Shown here one piece after another: positions 9,907 through 20,711 of a stretch of DNA of 61,614 nt. Every line of letters starts with the position of its first letter. The stretch's first letter is position 1. Origin of the DNA: Deltaproteobacteria bacterium (GTDB lineage: Bacteria; Bdellovibrionota_C; UBA2361; OMII01); contig CANLCB010000002.1 of NCBI GenBank assembly GCA_947488865.1, forward strand, positions 1 through 61,614, given 5' to 3'. The translations under genes were made by a program, and so were the position numbers. The notes beneath the pieces are model-generated. The model did not search any database. It was not told the DNA's origin and saw only the letters and a list, made by a program, of their open reading frames with translations.

Positions 9907-11103
9907 ATGTCAGCTAAGAAGTTTGATAGAACCAAGGCGCACGTGAACGTCGGAACTATCGGTCACGTAGACCATGGTAAGACAACTACGACTGCAGCGC
10001 TCGTATCAGTACAGGCTGCTAAGGGCCTCGCTACTGTGAAGTCTTACAAAGACATCGCAAAGGGCGGAACTGTTCGTGATGACAGCAAGACTGTAACCAT
10101 CGCGTCCGCTCACGTAGAGTATGAGACAGCAACTCGCCACTACGCGCACGTAGATTGCCCGGGTCACGCTGACTACGTAAAGAACATGATTACCGGCGCG
10201 GCTCAGATGGACGGAGCTATTCTTGTAGTTTCCGCTTCTGACGGACCTATGCCTCAGACTCGTGAGCACATCCTTCTTGCTCGTCAGGTAGGAGTTCCAA
10301 AGATCGTTGTGTTCCTTAACAAGGTAGATACAGTTGACGATCCTGAGCTTCTTGACCTCGTTGAGATGGAAGTTCGTGACCTCCTCTCTGAGTACGACTA
10401 CCCAGGAGCTGATACTCCAGTAGTTCGTGGATCCGCTCTTAAGGCGCTTCAGGGTGAGCAGTCAGATATCGGCGTTGGCGCTTTCGACAAGCTTCTCGCT
10501 ACTATCGATGAGTACATCCCAGTTCCACAGCGTGACATTGATAAGCCATTCCTTATGCCAGTTGAGGACGTGTTCTCGATTGCGGGACGCGGAACTGTAG
10601 CAACTGGTCGTATCGAGCGTGGTAAGATCAAGGTTGGTGAGGAAGTTGAGATCGTTGGTCTCCGCGACACAGCAAAGACTGTAGTAACAGGCGTTGAGAT
10701 GTTCAAGAAGCTTCTCGACGAGGGGCACGCTGGTGACAACGTTGGATGTCTCCTTCGTGGTCTCAAGCGTGACGATGTTGAGCGTGGACAGATCCTCTGC
10801 GTTCCAGGCAGCGTTAAGCCTCACAAGAAGTTCAAGGCCGAAGCATACATCCTCAAGAAAGAAGAGGGTGGACGTCATAAGCCATTCTTCAGCGGTTACC
10901 GACCACAGTTCTTCTTCCGAACAACTGACGTAACTGGCTCCATCAAGCTCCCAGAGGGTGTTGAGATGGCTATGCCAGGAGATCACATCAACGTAGATGT
11001 TGAGCTCTATCAGCCAATCGGTATCGAGAAGACCCTTCGTTTCGCTATCCGTGAGGGTGGTAAGACAGTGGGTTCCGGTGTCGTTACAGAGATCACTGAG
11101 TAG
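9907..11103 (+). CDS. tuf: elongation factor Tu
   Basis: 398 aa. [21 protein letters not shown] motifs. Confidence 0.98.
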   Translation: MSAKKFDRTKAHVNVGTIGHVDHGKTTTTAALVSVQAAKGLATVKSYKDIAKGGTVRDDSKTVTIASAHVEYETATRHYAHVDCPGHADYVKNMITGAAQMDGAILVVSASDGPMPQTREHILLARQVGVPKIVVFLNKVDTVDDPELLDLVEMEVRDLLSEYDYPGADTPVVRGSALKALQGEQSDIGVGAFDKLLATIDEYIPVPQRDIDKPFLMPVEDVFSIAGRGTVATGRIERGKIKVGEEVEIVGLRDTAKTVVTGVEMFKKLLDEGHAGDNVGCLLRGLKRDDVERGQILCVPGSVKPHKKFKAEAYILKKEEGGRHKPFFSGYRPQFFFRTTDVTGSIKLPEGVEMAMPGDHINVDVELYQPIGIEKTLRFAIREGGKTVGSGVVTEITE

Positions 11104-11115
11104 TTCAAGGTGATA

Positions 11116-11157
11116 AGCGCGGCGGGGGATTCTCCGCCGCGCTCTACAAGGTTTTTT
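11116..11157 (+). terminator. GC-rich hairpin between tuf and rpsJ (terminator or S10-leader attenuator candidate)
   Basis: AGCGCGGCGG (11116-11125) pairs with CCGCCGCGCT (11134-11143) across an 8-nt loop. A T6 run follows at 11152-11157, displaced by ~8 nt. Confidence 0.55.
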
Positions 11158-11213
11158 CGAGCGTTTTCGTAGGTAGACAAAGTTTCTAAACGTGAAAATT
11201 TGAGGATTAGGCC

Positions 11214-11528
11214 ATGATTGGCGGGCAGTTAATTAGAATTCGACTTAAGGGTTACGACCACAAGCTGTTAGATTCAGCCGTGGGCGAGATCGTACAGACG
11301 GTACGCCGTACTGGTGGCCGCGTAGCTGGTCCGATTCCTCTTCCTACACGGATCGAGAAGTTCACGGTCAACCGTTCACCGTTCATCGACAAAAAGTCAC
11401 GTGAGCAGTTCGAGATCCGAACTCACAAGCGACTTTTGGACATTTTAGAGCCTACTCAGCAGACCATTGATGAGTTGGGTAAGCTTGAGCTCTCGACCGG
11501 AATCGACGTCGAGATCAAGTTGCAATAG
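11214..11528 (+). CDS. rpsJ: 30S ribosomal protein S10
   Basis: 104 aa, [14 protein letters not shown]...GPIPLPT. Confidence 0.97.
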   Translation: MIGGQLIRIRLKGYDHKLLDSAVGEIVQTVRRTGGRVAGPIPLPTRIEKFTVNRSPFIDKKSREQFEIRTHKRLLDILEPTQQTIDELGKLELSTGIDVEIKLQ

Positions 11529-11562
11529 CGGATAGGAAGTTTATATCGAGGGGGACCTCTTC

Positions 11563-12222
11563 ATGAGTACGTCAAAACACTACCCTGAGGGGCTATTAGG
11601 AAAGAAGTTGGGAATGACTCAGGTGTTTACACCTGAGGGCGCAAGCGTCCCAGTAACAATTATTCAGGCAGGACCATGCTACGTCCTTGATGTTCGTGGG
11701 CAAGAAGTTCACGGATACAGCGCTGTTCAGTTCGGCTTTGAGCCGAAGAAGTCTCAGCGTTGCACCAAGGCAGAGCAGGGATCTTTCAAGAAGGCTGGTC
11801 AAGGCGCTTTCTATCACGTCAAAGAGGTTCGCTGTGATGTACAGAGCCTCGGTTGGGGTGAGGTAGGAAAGGAAGTTAAGGTCGGCGATGTCTTCAAGGA
11901 CGGAGAGGTAGTTGACGTATCAGGCGTTTCTATCGGCCGAGGATTCCAGGGAGTAGTTCGTCGTCACCACATGAAGGGTCAGCCGATGACTCGTGGTACT
12001 CACGAAGTTCGACGACACGTTGGAGCTGTCGGATGTCGTAAGTTCCCAGGACGTATCTTCAAGAATCAGCGCATGCCAGGTCGCATGGGTGGGGATAGCG
12101 TAACTGTTCAGAATCTTCAGGTAGTTGGTGTTCGTCCAGAGGAGAATCTTCTCCTTGTTAGAGGTGGAATCCCAGGTGCCCGCGGAAGCCTCGTTGTTAT
12201 CCGTAAAGCTAAGAAGCAATAA
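11563..12222 (+). CDS. rplC: 50S ribosomal protein L3
   Basis: 219 aa, GLLGKKLGMTQVF, FKNQRMPGRMG. Confidence 0.97.
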   Translation: MSTSKHYPEGLLGKKLGMTQVFTPEGASVPVTIIQAGPCYVLDVRGQEVHGYSAVQFGFEPKKSQRCTKAEQGSFKKAGQGAFYHVKEVRCDVQSLGWGEVGKEVKVGDVFKDGEVVDVSGVSIGRGFQGVVRRHHMKGQPMTRGTHEVRRHVGAVGCRKFPGRIFKNQRMPGRMGGDSVTVQNLQVVGVRPEENLLLVRGGIPGARGSLVVIRKAKKQ

Positions 12223-12244
12223 GAGGCGTTGGAGGTAAAAGACT

Positions 12245-12907
12245 ATGTCTTCAGAAGTACTTAATACTAAGTTGTTTGATGCCAAAGGTAAGGAGAAGGG
12301 AGTTATCGCTCTTTCGCCTGCGGTATTCGCCACTCCAATCAAGTCCGAGCTTATCCACACGGCGGTTCGTTGGCAGCGTGCCAAGAAGCGCGCTGGAACG
12401 CACGATGTTCTCACTCGCAGTGAGATGAAGGGTGGTAAGAAGAAGCCTTTCAAGCAGAAGGGAACCGGTAACGCGCGAGCTGGATCGAGCGTTTCCCCGT
12501 TGATGGTTGGTGGAGCTGTTGTTCATGGACCTGCTCCTCGTAGCTACGAGTTCCGCTTCTCCAAGAAGATGAAGAAAGCTGCCCTTACCTCGGCGTTCGC
12601 CGTTAAGGTAGCCCAAGACGCAGTGCTTGTGGTTGAGGGAATGAACGGAACCACCGGGAAGACCCGCGAGGCTTCTGCTCTTCTTAAGTCTCTTGGAATC
12701 ACAGGGCAGAAGACTGTTGTTATCGTTCCAAACGAGCCTACAGCAGAGCGAAATGCTTTCGTGCTGAGCTTCAGAAATATCCCAGGTGTTACCGTGACTC
12801 CAGTAACTGGTGTTAACGTGTATGACCTGATCAACTGCAAGAAGGTGTTGTGCGTTAGCGCGGCTTTGGCTGAGCTTGAGGCACGCGTTGGACAGGCAGC
12901 TAAGTAG
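12245..12907 (+). CDS. rplD: 50S ribosomal protein L4
   Basis: 220 aa, KPFKQKGTGNARAGS motif, correct operon position. Confidence 0.96.
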   Translation: MSSEVLNTKLFDAKGKEKGVIALSPAVFATPIKSELIHTAVRWQRAKKRAGTHDVLTRSEMKGGKKKPFKQKGTGNARAGSSVSPLMVGGAVVHGPAPRSYEFRFSKKMKKAALTSAFAVKVAQDAVLVVEGMNGTTGKTREASALLKSLGITGQKTVVIVPNEPTAERNAFVLSFRNIPGVTVTPVTGVNVYDLINCKKVLCVSAALAELEARVGQAAK

Positions 12908-12921
12908 TATAGGAAGGACGT

Positions 12922-13245
12922 ATGGCGAAGAAAAAAGCAGCTCCTGCGCAAGCAAAAGTAGTTGACTACGGAATCCTTCTCTCTCCGGTTATAACGGAGA
13001 AGAGCGCGCTTGTGGGCGCGACAGGACAGACAGTTTCATTTCGTGTAGACCCACGCGCCTCCAAAGAGGAGATTCGTGGAGCAGTTGAGCGAGTGTTCTC
13101 AGTGAAAGTTGAGGGCGTTCGTACTTGCCGATTCATTGGTAAGGTCAAGCGCACGATGAGAGGTACAGGGAAGCGAGCAGGCTTCAAGAAGGCTTATGTG
13201 ACCCTCGCAGAGGGAAGCAAGATAGACCTTGTTGAGGGCTTGTAA
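12922..13245 (+). CDS. rplW: 50S ribosomal protein L23
   Basis: 107 aa, LLSPVITEKS...FRVDPRASKEEI. Confidence 0.95.
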   Translation: MAKKKAAPAQAKVVDYGILLSPVITEKSALVGATGQTVSFRVDPRASKEEIRGAVERVFSVKVEGVRTCRFIGKVKRTMRGTGKRAGFKKAYVTLAEGSKIDLVEGL

Positions 13246-13262
13246 TCAGATTGAGGTAAGAC

Positions 13263-14087
13263 ATGGCTCTTAGGAACTTTAAACCATATACACCGACCCG
13301 CCGGTTTTTGACGTCGGCTGATTTCACTGAGATCACAGCGTCACGTCCGGAGAAGGGCTTGCTCGCGAAGTATGTTAAGACCGGTGGTCGTAACAACTAC
13401 GGACGCAACACAAACATTAACAAAGGTGGTGGACACAAGCGTCGCTACCGTGTCATCGACTTCCGACGTGATAAAGTTGGAATTAAGGGCACTGTCGCTA
13501 CTATCGAGTACGATCCGAACCGTTCGGCTCGTATCGCGCTTGTTGTGTACACTGACGGAGAGAAGCGTTACATTCTCGCTCCTCAAGGATTGACCGTTGG
13601 GCAGGTAATCAGCGCTGGACCAGAGGCTGACATCAAGCCAGGTAACGCTCTTCCGCTTCGATCAGTTCCCCTCGGAGAGAATATCCACAATGTGGAGCTC
13701 AAGATTCGTGGTGGAGCACAGCTCGTACGTTCCGCTGGAGCGGCTGCGCAGCTTGTGGCTAAAGAAGGCGAGTATGCTACTGTGCGACTTCCTTCCGGGG
13801 AGACCCGTAAAGTTTCTCTTGATTGCTACGCTTCAATTGGGGCGGTTAGCAATCCTGACCATCAGAACGTAATGATCGGTAAAGCTGGACGAAGCCGATG
13901 GCTCAATCGTCGACCTCACAACCGTGGAGTCACGAAGAACCCAGTTGACCATCCGATGGGTGGAGGAGAAGGAAAGTCAGCGGGAGGACGTCATCCGTGT
14001 TCTCCGCGTGGTATCTTGGCGAAGGGGCTCAGAACTCGTTCGAACAAGCGTACTCAGAAGTTTATCGTTCGTCGACGTAGTAAGTAG
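13263..14087 (+). CDS. rplB: 50S ribosomal protein L2
   Basis: 274 aa, [13 protein letters not shown]...[12 protein letters not shown]. Confidence 0.98.
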   Translation: MALRNFKPYTPTRRFLTSADFTEITASRPEKGLLAKYVKTGGRNNYGRNTNINKGGGHKRRYRVIDFRRDKVGIKGTVATIEYDPNRSARIALVVYTDGEKRYILAPQGLTVGQVISAGPEADIKPGNALPLRSVPLGENIHNVELKIRGGAQLVRSAGAAAQLVAKEGEYATVRLPSGETRKVSLDCYASIGAVSNPDHQNVMIGKAGRSRWLNRRPHNRGVTKNPVDHPMGGGEGKSAGGRHPCSPRGILAKGLRTRSNKRTQKFIVRRRSK

Positions 14088-14104
14088 TTTGAAAGGGGGC
14101 ACTC

Positions 14105-14374
14105 ATGGCTCGTTCGATTAAAAAAGGTCCATTTGTAGATAAGAGCTTGTTGAAGTGGGTCGAGAGATCCAAGTCGGGAGCTCACAAGGGGCCGATCAAG
14201 ACTTGGTCTCGACGCTCAACCATCACTCCAGACATGATCGGGTTGACCTTCGCAGTCCACAACGGACGCAAGTTCAACGCTGTATTCGTGACAGAGAATA
14301 TGGTTGGCCACAAGTTGGGAGAGTTCTCGGCTACGAGAACGTACCACGGGCACTCTGCTAAGGCTGCATCGTAA
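14105..14374 (+). CDS. rpsS: 30S ribosomal protein S19
   Basis: 89 aa, [11 protein letters not shown]...GHKLGEF. Confidence 0.98.
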   Translation: MARSIKKGPFVDKSLLKWVERSKSGAHKGPIKTWSRRSTITPDMIGLTFAVHNGRKFNAVFVTENMVGHKLGEFSATRTYHGHSAKAAS

Positions 14375-14410
14375 CGGTCGGATACAGGACACAGGAAGTA
14401 AGGGTTGGTT

Positions 14411-14782
14411 ATGACAAAGAGAGCAAACAAATCAGCAGGGAATAAGAGCGAGGTAACTCGCGCTACCTTGAAGCAGATCCGTATGTCTCCTCGTAAGGCT
14501 CGATTGGTTATCGATCTTATTCGTGGAAAGCAGGTAGAGCCTGCGCTTCAGATTTTGCGATTCTCAACGAAGAAGGGCGCTAAGTTCGCGCACAAGTTGC
14601 TTGAGTCCGCGATTGCGAACGCACGTGAGCATGCTCGCGCTGATGTTGATAATTTGTGGGTCACTGAGGGCTGGGTGGATGAGGGGCAAACCCTTAAGCG
14701 TTTCATGCCAGCTGCTCACGGTCGGGCAACACCGATTCGTAAGAGATCGTCTCACATGACGATCGTGCTCGGACAGAAGTAG
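14411..14782 (+). CDS. rplV: 50S ribosomal protein L22
   Basis: IRMSPRKARLVIDLIRGK motif. ATG at 14411 preferred over the TTG at 14405 given in the ORF track. Confidence 0.95.
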   Translation: MTKRANKSAGNKSEVTRATLKQIRMSPRKARLVIDLIRGKQVEPALQILRFSTKKGAKFAHKLLESAIANAREHARADVDNLWVTEGWVDEGQTLKRFMPAAHGRATPIRKRSSHMTIVLGQK

Positions 14783-14804
14783 AGTTTAGGTAAGGAATTC
14801 GGAT

Positions 14805-15467
14805 ATGGGACAAAAAGTTAACCCAAGGGGTCTTCGACTTGGAATTATCGAGGGATGGCAGTCCAAGTGGTTTGCCGGCAAGGATTTCGCTCGTTTTATC
14901 GGCGAGGATGTAAAAATCCGTAAGTTCGTGCGGAGGAAGCTCCAGGCTGCTGGTATTTCTCGAGTTGAAATCGAAAGAGCCGCTGCTCGCGTTAAGGTGA
15001 ACATCTATACCGCGAAGCCAGGACTTGTGATCGGAAAGAAGGGTAAGGACATTGAGGACCTTCGTAAGGATCTCAAGGGACTTGTTCAGCGAGACGTTAC
15101 ACTTAGCATCGTTGAGGCTCGTAAGGCCGATATGGATGCTCAGTTGGTAGCGGAGGGAATCGCCTTCCAGCTCGAGCGACGTGTTAACTTCCGTCGTGCG
15201 ATGAAAGAGGCCGTTGGCCGCGCTCAGCGTATCGGAGCAGAGGGAATCAAGGTTCGTATTTCGGGACGATTGAACGGAGCGGAGATCGCTCGTACTGAGC
15301 AGTATCGTGAGGGACGAGTTCCTCTTCATACTCTTCGTGCTGAGATTGATTATGGAACTGCAGAGGCTCAAACAACTTACGGCGTTATCGGCGTAAAGGT
15401 TTGGGTGTTCAAGGGTGAGAAGTTCGCGGCGGGCGAAGAGGCGGCTGCTGAGGCCATCAACCTGTAA
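14805..15467 (+). CDS. rpsC: 30S ribosomal protein S3
   Basis: 220 aa, [15 protein letters not shown] domain [10 protein letters not shown]. Confidence 0.98.
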   Translation: MGQKVNPRGLRLGIIEGWQSKWFAGKDFARFIGEDVKIRKFVRRKLQAAGISRVEIERAAARVKVNIYTAKPGLVIGKKGKDIEDLRKDLKGLVQRDVTLSIVEARKADMDAQLVAEGIAFQLERRVNFRRAMKEAVGRAQRIGAEGIKVRISGRLNGAEIARTEQYREGRVPLHTLRAEIDYGTAEAQTTYGVIGVKVWVFKGEKFAAGEEAAAEAINL

Positions 15468-15500
15468 TAGAGGTTTGAAAGTTTGACGTTGGAGTAAGTT

Positions 15501-15926
15501 ATGTTGCAGCCAAAGAATCCACGATACCGCAAGCAGATGAAGTTGTATCGCCACCTTACGATCAAAGAGACTCGTGGGTGCACCTTGGAGTTCGGTGAGT
15601 TCGGTTTGCGAGCGATGGAGCCTGGATGGGTCACGAATCGACAGATCGAAGCAGCTCGTCAGTGCATGGTTCGTCACATTAAGCGTGGCGGAAAAGTATG
15701 GCTCAAAGTTTATCCGGATAAGCCCCTTACTAAGAAGCCTGCTGAAGTGCGAATGGGTAAAGGAAAGGGCTCGGTTGAAGTATGGGTTGCTGAGGTGAAG
15801 TCAGGCAGAATCATGTATGAAATCACCGGAGTAGCGGAGAAGTTGGCGGTTGAGGCTCTCGAGCTTGCGGCCGCAAAGCTCCCGATTAAGACCAAAGTGG
15901 TAATCCGGAGCAACAGCTTGATTTAA
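15501..15926 (+). CDS. rplP: 50S ribosomal protein L16
   Basis: 141 aa, [14 protein letters not shown] motif. Confidence 0.97.
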   Translation: MLQPKNPRYRKQMKLYRHLTIKETRGCTLEFGEFGLRAMEPGWVTNRQIEAARQCMVRHIKRGGKVWLKVYPDKPLTKKPAEVRMGKGKGSVEVWVAEVKSGRIMYEITGVAEKLAVEALELAAAKLPIKTKVVIRSNSLI

Positions 15927-16018
15927 GCTGCAGAAACAGTCATAGTTCGGCCTCCTTTTGGCCGTCGTATGGTAGAGATTCGGCCTTAACAAGGCCTCAG
16001 TAATGGTAGGTAGTTAGT

Positions 16019-16225
16019 ATGAAACGGCGAGACTTTTTGAAGGAAATCGCGGGATTAGACAAGGCGGCGCTTCAGAGCAAGGCTAATCAATTGGCTGAAG
16101 AACTTATGCGTTTGCGATTTAAGCAGGCTTCTAATCAGCTTGAGAAGGGGCACCTTCTTCAGCAGACACGTCGCTCGCTTGCTCGTGTTCAGACCCTTCT
16201 GAATAAGACAACAGCGCAAGCGTAA
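16019..16225 (+). CDS. rpmC: 50S ribosomal protein L29
   Basis: 68 aa, coiled L29-like sequence ELMRLRFKQASNQLE, correct operon position. Preceded by an unusually long 92-nt gap. Confidence 0.93.
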   Translation: MKRRDFLKEIAGLDKAALQSKANQLAEELMRLRFKQASNQLEKGHLLQQTRRSLARVQTLLNKTTAQA

Positions 16226-16261
16226 CTGCGGACAGGTATTTCGAGAGAATAGGTAGTACGT

Positions 16262-16588
16262 ATGGCAGAGGCAAAGACAAAAGCAAAGGCAGCAAAGACA
16301 GCTAACGCTGAGAAGGCTACCACAGCAACAGAAAGCACACGTGGGCTTCGCAAGTTCCAAGAGGGCTTGGTAGTGAGCAACAAGATGGAGAAGACGGTAG
16401 TAGTTGCCGTTGTTCGTCAGGTTCGCCACGCTGCGTACGGCAAGTTCGTACGAAAGACAAAGAAATTCTACGCTCACGACGAGGCGCGGCAGTGCTCAGT
16501 CGGAGACAAGGTTCGAATCGTTGAGACACGCCCACTGAGCAAGCTCAAGCGTTGGAAAGTCGAGTCGATCCTGACTAAGGCAGTGTAG
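16262..16588 (+). CDS. rpsQ: 30S ribosomal protein S17 (with ~25-aa Lys/Ala/Thr-rich N-terminal extension)
   Basis: 108 aa, core [16 protein letters not shown]...YAHDE...[14 protein letters not shown]. Confidence 0.96.
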   Translation: MAEAKTKAKAAKTANAEKATTATESTRGLRKFQEGLVVSNKMEKTVVVAVVRQVRHAAYGKFVRKTKKFYAHDEARQCSVGDKVRIVETRPLSKLKRWKVESILTKAV

Positions 16589-16617
16589 CTATAAGAAGTT
16601 TGGGGCAGTGAAGGGAT

Positions 16618-16986
16618 ATGATTCAGCTAAAGTCTGTACTCGATGTAGCGGATAATTCGGGCGCCAAGAAAGTGGTGTGCGTGAAGGTGCTTGGTGGAAG
16701 CCGACGCCGATACGCAACTGTTGGTGATGTAATCGTTGTCGCGGTTCGTGAGGCGATTCCGAATTCAAAGATTGCAAAGGGATCGGTGCACAAAGCGGTA
16801 ATCGTGCGAACAGCCAAAGAGGTTTCGCGCGAAGACGGCTCGTACATTCGATTTGATGATAACAGCGCGGTTCTGATCAATGCGAACCAAGAGCCAATTG
16901 GTACTCGTATCTTCGGCCCAGTAGCGCGCGAGCTTCGTGGAAAACGTTTCATGAAGATCGTCTCACTGGCACCTGAGGTGCTGTAG
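16618..16986 (+). CDS. rplN: 50S ribosomal protein L14
   Basis: 122 aa, [17 protein letters not shown]. Confidence 0.98.
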   Translation: MIQLKSVLDVADNSGAKKVVCVKVLGGSRRRYATVGDVIVVAVREAIPNSKIAKGSVHKAVIVRTAKEVSREDGSYIRFDDNSAVLINANQEPIGTRIFGPVARELRGKRFMKIVSLAPEVL

Positions 16987-17004
16987 TAGTAGGGGAGGTG
17001 TAAA

Positions 17005-17397
17005 GTGGCTGCTAAGAGATCTGCAACAAAAAAGACTGAGCCAGTTCCAACGGCACTCAAGAAGGGTGATTCCGTAATGGTTATTTCTGGTGGAAATAAG
17101 AACAAGCGAGCTCTAAAAGGACAGGTAGCTAAAATTAAAGCTATCGTTGGAGAGAAGAATGACCGCGTTGTGCTTGAGGGGTTGAACCTCTACACGAAGC
17201 ACAAGAAGGCGCTCGCTCCAGGACAAGAGGGTGGGAAGATTCAGGTTGAGCGACCTGTCCACATCTCGAACGTCATGTACTACGTTGAGAAAATAAAGAA
17301 GCCAGTGCGATTGGTGAAGAGCCTGTCGACTGATGGAAAGAGGGTTCGTGGATACAAGGACCCTTCAACTAAGAAGTTTGTTCAGATTGACGGTTAA
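17005..17397 (+). CDS. rplX: 50S ribosomal protein L24 (with ~18-aa N-terminal extension)
   Basis: 130 aa, [17 protein letters not shown] motif. GTG start. Confidence 0.95.
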   Translation: MAAKRSATKKTEPVPTALKKGDSVMVISGGNKNKRALKGQVAKIKAIVGEKNDRVVLEGLNLYTKHKKALAPGQEGGKIQVERPVHISNVMYYVEKIKKPVRLVKSLSTDGKRVRGYKDPSTKKFVQIDG

Positions 17398-17414
17398 GGA
17401 GTGCCAGAGCAGTT

Positions 17415-17954
17415 ATGAATCGAATGGCAGAGCACTATAACAAGACGGTAGTACCGGCATTGATGAAGAAGTTCAACTACTCTTCGCCAATGCAGGTTCC
17501 AAAGATTACGAAGGTAGTTCTTAACACTGGCGTGCGTGACGCGGTTGCTAACTCAAAGGCGATTCAGTTCGTTGAGTACGCAATGGCGACGATCACTGGA
17601 CAGAAGCCAGTAGTTACTCGAGCTAAGAAGTCTATCGCCGCTTTCAAGTTGCGTGAAGGACTTCCGATCGGAGTGATGGTCACTCTTCGAAAGAAGAAGA
17701 TGAATGACTTCCTTGATCGTCTCATCACGGTTGCTCTCCCTCGAGTGAGAGACTTCCGCGGAGTTCCTCGTAAGGGGTTCGACGGTCGTGGTAATTACAC
17801 GATGGGAATTAAGGAGCAGATTGTGTTCCCAGAGATCCTGATCGAGAAGCTTGATCAGGTTCGAGGTATGGACATTACATTTGTAACGACAGCGAAGACC
17901 GACGAAGAGGGTATGGAGCTGTTAGAGCTTATGGGCATGCCGTTTCGTAAGTAG
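17415..17954 (+). CDS. rplE: 50S ribosomal protein L5
   Basis: 179 aa, RDFRGV...[20 protein letters not shown]. Confidence 0.98.
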   Translation: MNRMAEHYNKTVVPALMKKFNYSSPMQVPKITKVVLNTGVRDAVANSKAIQFVEYAMATITGQKPVVTRAKKSIAAFKLREGLPIGVMVTLRKKKMNDFLDRLITVALPRVRDFRGVPRKGFDGRGNYTMGIKEQIVFPEILIEKLDQVRGMDITFVTTAKTDEEGMELLELMGMPFRK

Positions 17955-17972
17955 TAGGCGAGGAAGATAGCT

Positions 17973-18371
17973 ATGATTAACGATCACGTTTCCGACATGG
18001 TCACCCGAATTCGTAACGGTCAGCGTGCTGGCCACCGCTTGGTGTTGGTTACCGCATCGAAGCTCAATAAGAGCGTCCTTGAGGTTCTCACTCGCGAGGG
18101 ATTGATCGAGGGCTTTGAGGCCGCTCAAGATGAGCGCGGTCACAACGCTTTGCGAGTTGCTCTTAAGTACTATTCGAGCGGTCGACCAGTAATTAGCCGA
18201 GCTGTTCGAGTTTCTCGTCCGGGATGCCGTAAGTACTCCCGCACAGAGAAGCTTCCAAAGGTGAGCAGCGGATTGGGTATCTCGATTGTGTCAACGTCTC
18301 GCGGCGTTTTGGCTGATCATGAGGCCCGAAAGCTTAAGGTGGGCGGCGAAGTTATCGCGCTCTTCGCGTAG
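17973..18371 (+). CDS. rpsH: 30S ribosomal protein S8
   Basis: 132 aa, DMVTRIRNGQRA...GGEVIALFA. Starts only 18 nt after the rplE stop, so no S14 gene lies between them. Confidence 0.98.
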   Translation: MINDHVSDMVTRIRNGQRAGHRLVLVTASKLNKSVLEVLTREGLIEGFEAAQDERGHNALRVALKYYSSGRPVISRAVRVSRPGCRKYSRTEKLPKVSSGLGISIVSTSRGVLADHEARKLKVGGEVIALFA

Positions 18372-18389
18372 ATTTGAAAGAGGTATATC

Positions 18390-18926
18390 ATGTCACGTAT
18401 TGGTAAGTTGCCTGTTGCCCTTCCGCAAGGAGTTAAGGGTGCCGTAACAGGCGGATTTGTGTCGGTAGAAGGCCCGAAGGGCAAGCTCTCCTTCAAGATT
18501 CGACCTGGTGTTGGTGTAGAGATCGTTGATGGAAAATTCATCGTTTCGATGACCGGTTCTGACAATCAAGCTAAGGCTGATTACGGAACTGCTCGGGCAA
18601 CCATCAACAACATGGTGCTTGGTGTAAGCACTGGTTGGAAAAAGACTCTTGAGCTTAACGGAGTAGGTTACGCGGCCAAGCTGCAAGGTCAGAAGCTCGT
18701 TCTCTCTGTTGGTTTCTCTCACGACGTTACGATGGATGTTCCTGCTGGCGTTAAGTGCAACGTTCAGAAGAGCTCGATCGAGATGGAGTGCGCTGATCGC
18801 GAGGTTCTTGGAACCTTCGCCGCGAAGGTTCGACAAGTTCAGCCTCCTGAGCCATACCTTGGAAAGGGTATTAAGTACTCAGATGAGAAGATTCGTCGTA
18901 AGGCTGGTAAGACCGGTAAGAAGTAA
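18390..18926 (+). CDS. rplF: 50S ribosomal protein L6
   Basis: 178 aa, MSRIGKLPVALPQGV...PEPYLGKGIKY. Confidence 0.98.
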   Translation: MSRIGKLPVALPQGVKGAVTGGFVSVEGPKGKLSFKIRPGVGVEIVDGKFIVSMTGSDNQAKADYGTARATINNMVLGVSTGWKKTLELNGVGYAAKLQGQKLVLSVGFSHDVTMDVPAGVKCNVQKSSIEMECADREVLGTFAAKVRQVQPPEPYLGKGIKYSDEKIRRKAGKTGKK

Positions 18927-18954
18927 TCGGTAAGTTGTAGGAGTTGGGGGCCGT

Positions 18955-19362
18955 ATGGCAACGCAAGGCAAGAAAGTAGCAGCAACAGCGCGTGATAAGC
19001 GGAAGTTAAAGATCCGCAAGCGAGTTACAGGATGTGTAGAGCGTCCTCGTTTGAGCATCTTCAGAAGCGCGAAGCATACCTATGCTCAAATTATCGCTGA
19101 CGATAATCAGAAGACGCTGGCGAGTGCATCAACACTTGATAAGGACGTTCAGGCTGAGATCGCAAAGCTTGCGAAGCAGGCTGACGGTGGTCGTTCAAGC
19201 AGTAAGTCAGTCTTGGCTGCTCGTGCGGTAGGTGTTGTTCTCGCTAGCCGCTCAAAGGCTGCTAAGGTGAGTTCAGTAGTGTTTGACCGTAACGGTTTCT
19301 TGTACACCGGCCGAGTTAAGGCTCTCGCTGATGGTGCACGAGAGGGTGGCCTTCAATTTTAG
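18955..19362 (+). CDS. rplR: 50S ribosomal protein L18
   Basis: 135 aa, [17 protein letters not shown]...[27 protein letters not shown]. Confidence 0.97.
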   Translation: MATQGKKVAATARDKRKLKIRKRVTGCVERPRLSIFRSAKHTYAQIIADDNQKTLASASTLDKDVQAEIAKLAKQADGGRSSSKSVLAARAVGVVLASRSKAAKVSSVVFDRNGFLYTGRVKALADGAREGGLQF

Positions 19363-19389
19363 GCGCGTTGATTTTTAGTTCGGAGACGT

Positions 19390-19926
19390 ATGGCTTTTAA
19401 AGATATCCTCGACAAGCGAAGAGTTACTGTTGATCAGTGCGGCGAGTTGACCGACAAGACTGTATTCATCAACCGTGTATCCAAAGTAGTAAAGGGCGGA
19501 CGCCGATTCAGCTTCAGCGCGCTCGTTGTTACAGGTGATGGACGTGGGCACGTAGGATTCGGACTCGGTAAGTCTGTTGAGGTTCCTGACGCTATTCGTA
19601 AGGCCTCGGAGCAGGCTCGCAAGCGTCTGATCAAGGTTCCTCTCAAGGGAACTACGATCCCTCATGACATCCTGGGTAAGGCTGGGCCTTCCACTGTAGT
19701 TATGAAGCCAGGCTCTCCAGGAACCGGAGTTATCGCCGGCGCAACTGTTCGTGCTATCATGGACGTTTGCGGTATTAAGGATATCCGCACAAAGTGTCTC
19801 GGTTCAACGACTCCGCAGAACGTGTTGCAGGGAACTATCATGGGACTCCTCATGCTTGAGGATCCTGAGGTTGTTGCCGCGATCCGTAGCGTGAAGCTTG
19901 AGGAGATCGGATACCACCCTTACTAA
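19390..19926 (+). CDS. rpsE: 30S ribosomal protein S5
   Basis: 178 aa, INRVSKVVKGGRRFSFSALVVTGDGRGHVGFGLGK. Confidence 0.98.
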   Translation: MAFKDILDKRRVTVDQCGELTDKTVFINRVSKVVKGGRRFSFSALVVTGDGRGHVGFGLGKSVEVPDAIRKASEQARKRLIKVPLKGTTIPHDILGKAGPSTVVMKPGSPGTGVIAGATVRAIMDVCGIKDIRTKCLGSTTPQNVLQGTIMGLLMLEDPEVVAAIRSVKLEEIGYHPY

Positions 19927-19957
19927 TAAGCGGTAAGAGATTCGAGAAAGAGGACGT

Positions 19958-20143
19958 ATGAGCAAGAAGGTAGTTATCAAGCAAGTTCGTAGCGATATCG
20001 GCCGTGAGCCTTCGGTAAGAAGGACTCTCAAGGCTATTGGACTCGGTGCAATCGGCAAGAGCCGAGAGATCGTGTCAAACGACGCAGTAAACGGGATGCT
20101 TCAAAAGGTTGCGCACCTTATCGAAGTAACCCCAGTTAAGTAA
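19958..20143 (+). CDS. rpmD: 50S ribosomal protein L30
   Basis: 61 aa, KQVRSDIGREPSVRRTLKAIGL. Confidence 0.95.
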   Translation: MSKKVVIKQVRSDIGREPSVRRTLKAIGLGAIGKSREIVSNDAVNGMLQKVAHLIEVTPVK

Positions 20144-20167
20144 AGTTAGGAAGTAGTGAGGTCCGTT

Positions 20168-20653
20168 ATGGCCAAGAATGATATTACGCTCAGCACATTG
20201 AAGCCGAATCCAGGAGCTCGCAAGGCTCGTACTCGCGTTGGTCGAGGTGAAGGATCTGGTCACGGAAAGACGTCCGGAAAAGGTGGTAAGGGCCAGACAG
20301 CTCGAGCCGGCGGCGGAGTTCGTGCTGGATTCGAAGGAGGTCAGATGCCTCTTTACCGACGACTCCCGAAGGTGGGTTTTGTTTCCCGCAAGGATGTTCG
20401 TGGTGACAATCGCTACGCGATCGTTCGGTTGTCGGCTTTGCAGAATGTTACCGCTGGAACGACTGTGGATCTTGCTGCTCTCAAGGCGCTTGGATACGCG
20501 AAGAAGGCTGAGCAACTTGCCGGCGTTAAGGTTCTCGCTGATTCTGGCGAGTTCTCCAAGAAGCTTCACCTTAAGGTAAGCGCTATTTCAGCTGGAGCGC
20601 GAGCTAAAGTTGAAGCCGCTGGAGGAACCGTTGAGATTGTTACGGCAGCGTAA
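20168..20653 (+). CDS. rplO: 50S ribosomal protein L15
   Basis: LSTLKPNPGARKARTRVGRGEGSGHGKTSGKGGKGQ. ATG at 20168 preferred over the upstream GTG at 20156. Confidence 0.96.
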   Translation: MAKNDITLSTLKPNPGARKARTRVGRGEGSGHGKTSGKGGKGQTARAGGGVRAGFEGGQMPLYRRLPKVGFVSRKDVRGDNRYAIVRLSALQNVTAGTTVDLAALKALGYAKKAEQLAGVKVLADSGEFSKKLHLKVSAISAGARAKVEAAGGTVEIVTAA

Positions 20654-20683
20654 CGAAATTCGACGAACAGCTTCGCGTATAAA

Positions 20684-20711
20684 AGCGACCCTGCGTGGGT
20701 CGCTTTTTTTT
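20684..20711 (+). terminator. Rho-independent terminator after rplO
   Basis: GCGACCC (20685-20691) pairs with GGGTCGC (20697-20703) across loop TGCGT, followed by T8 (20704-20711). Confidence 0.85.

Noticed and set aside
14703-15677. 324-aa ORF antisense to rpsC/rplP, and similar long antisense ORFs at 12251-12955, 24953-25942, 7962-8597, 16623-17105 and 26002-26550
   Set aside because: They lie opposite highly conserved ribosomal, rpoA or fusA genes. They are Leu/Ser/Arg-rich shadow ORFs typical of antisense frames, and none has a recognisable motif.
15927-16018. 92-nt gap between rplP and rpmC as a possible hidden small gene or regulatory RNA
   Set aside because: No start/stop-bounded frame with a Shine-Dalgarno sequence exists. 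Only a short GGCCTTAACAAGGCC hairpin is present. This is too little evidence to call anything.
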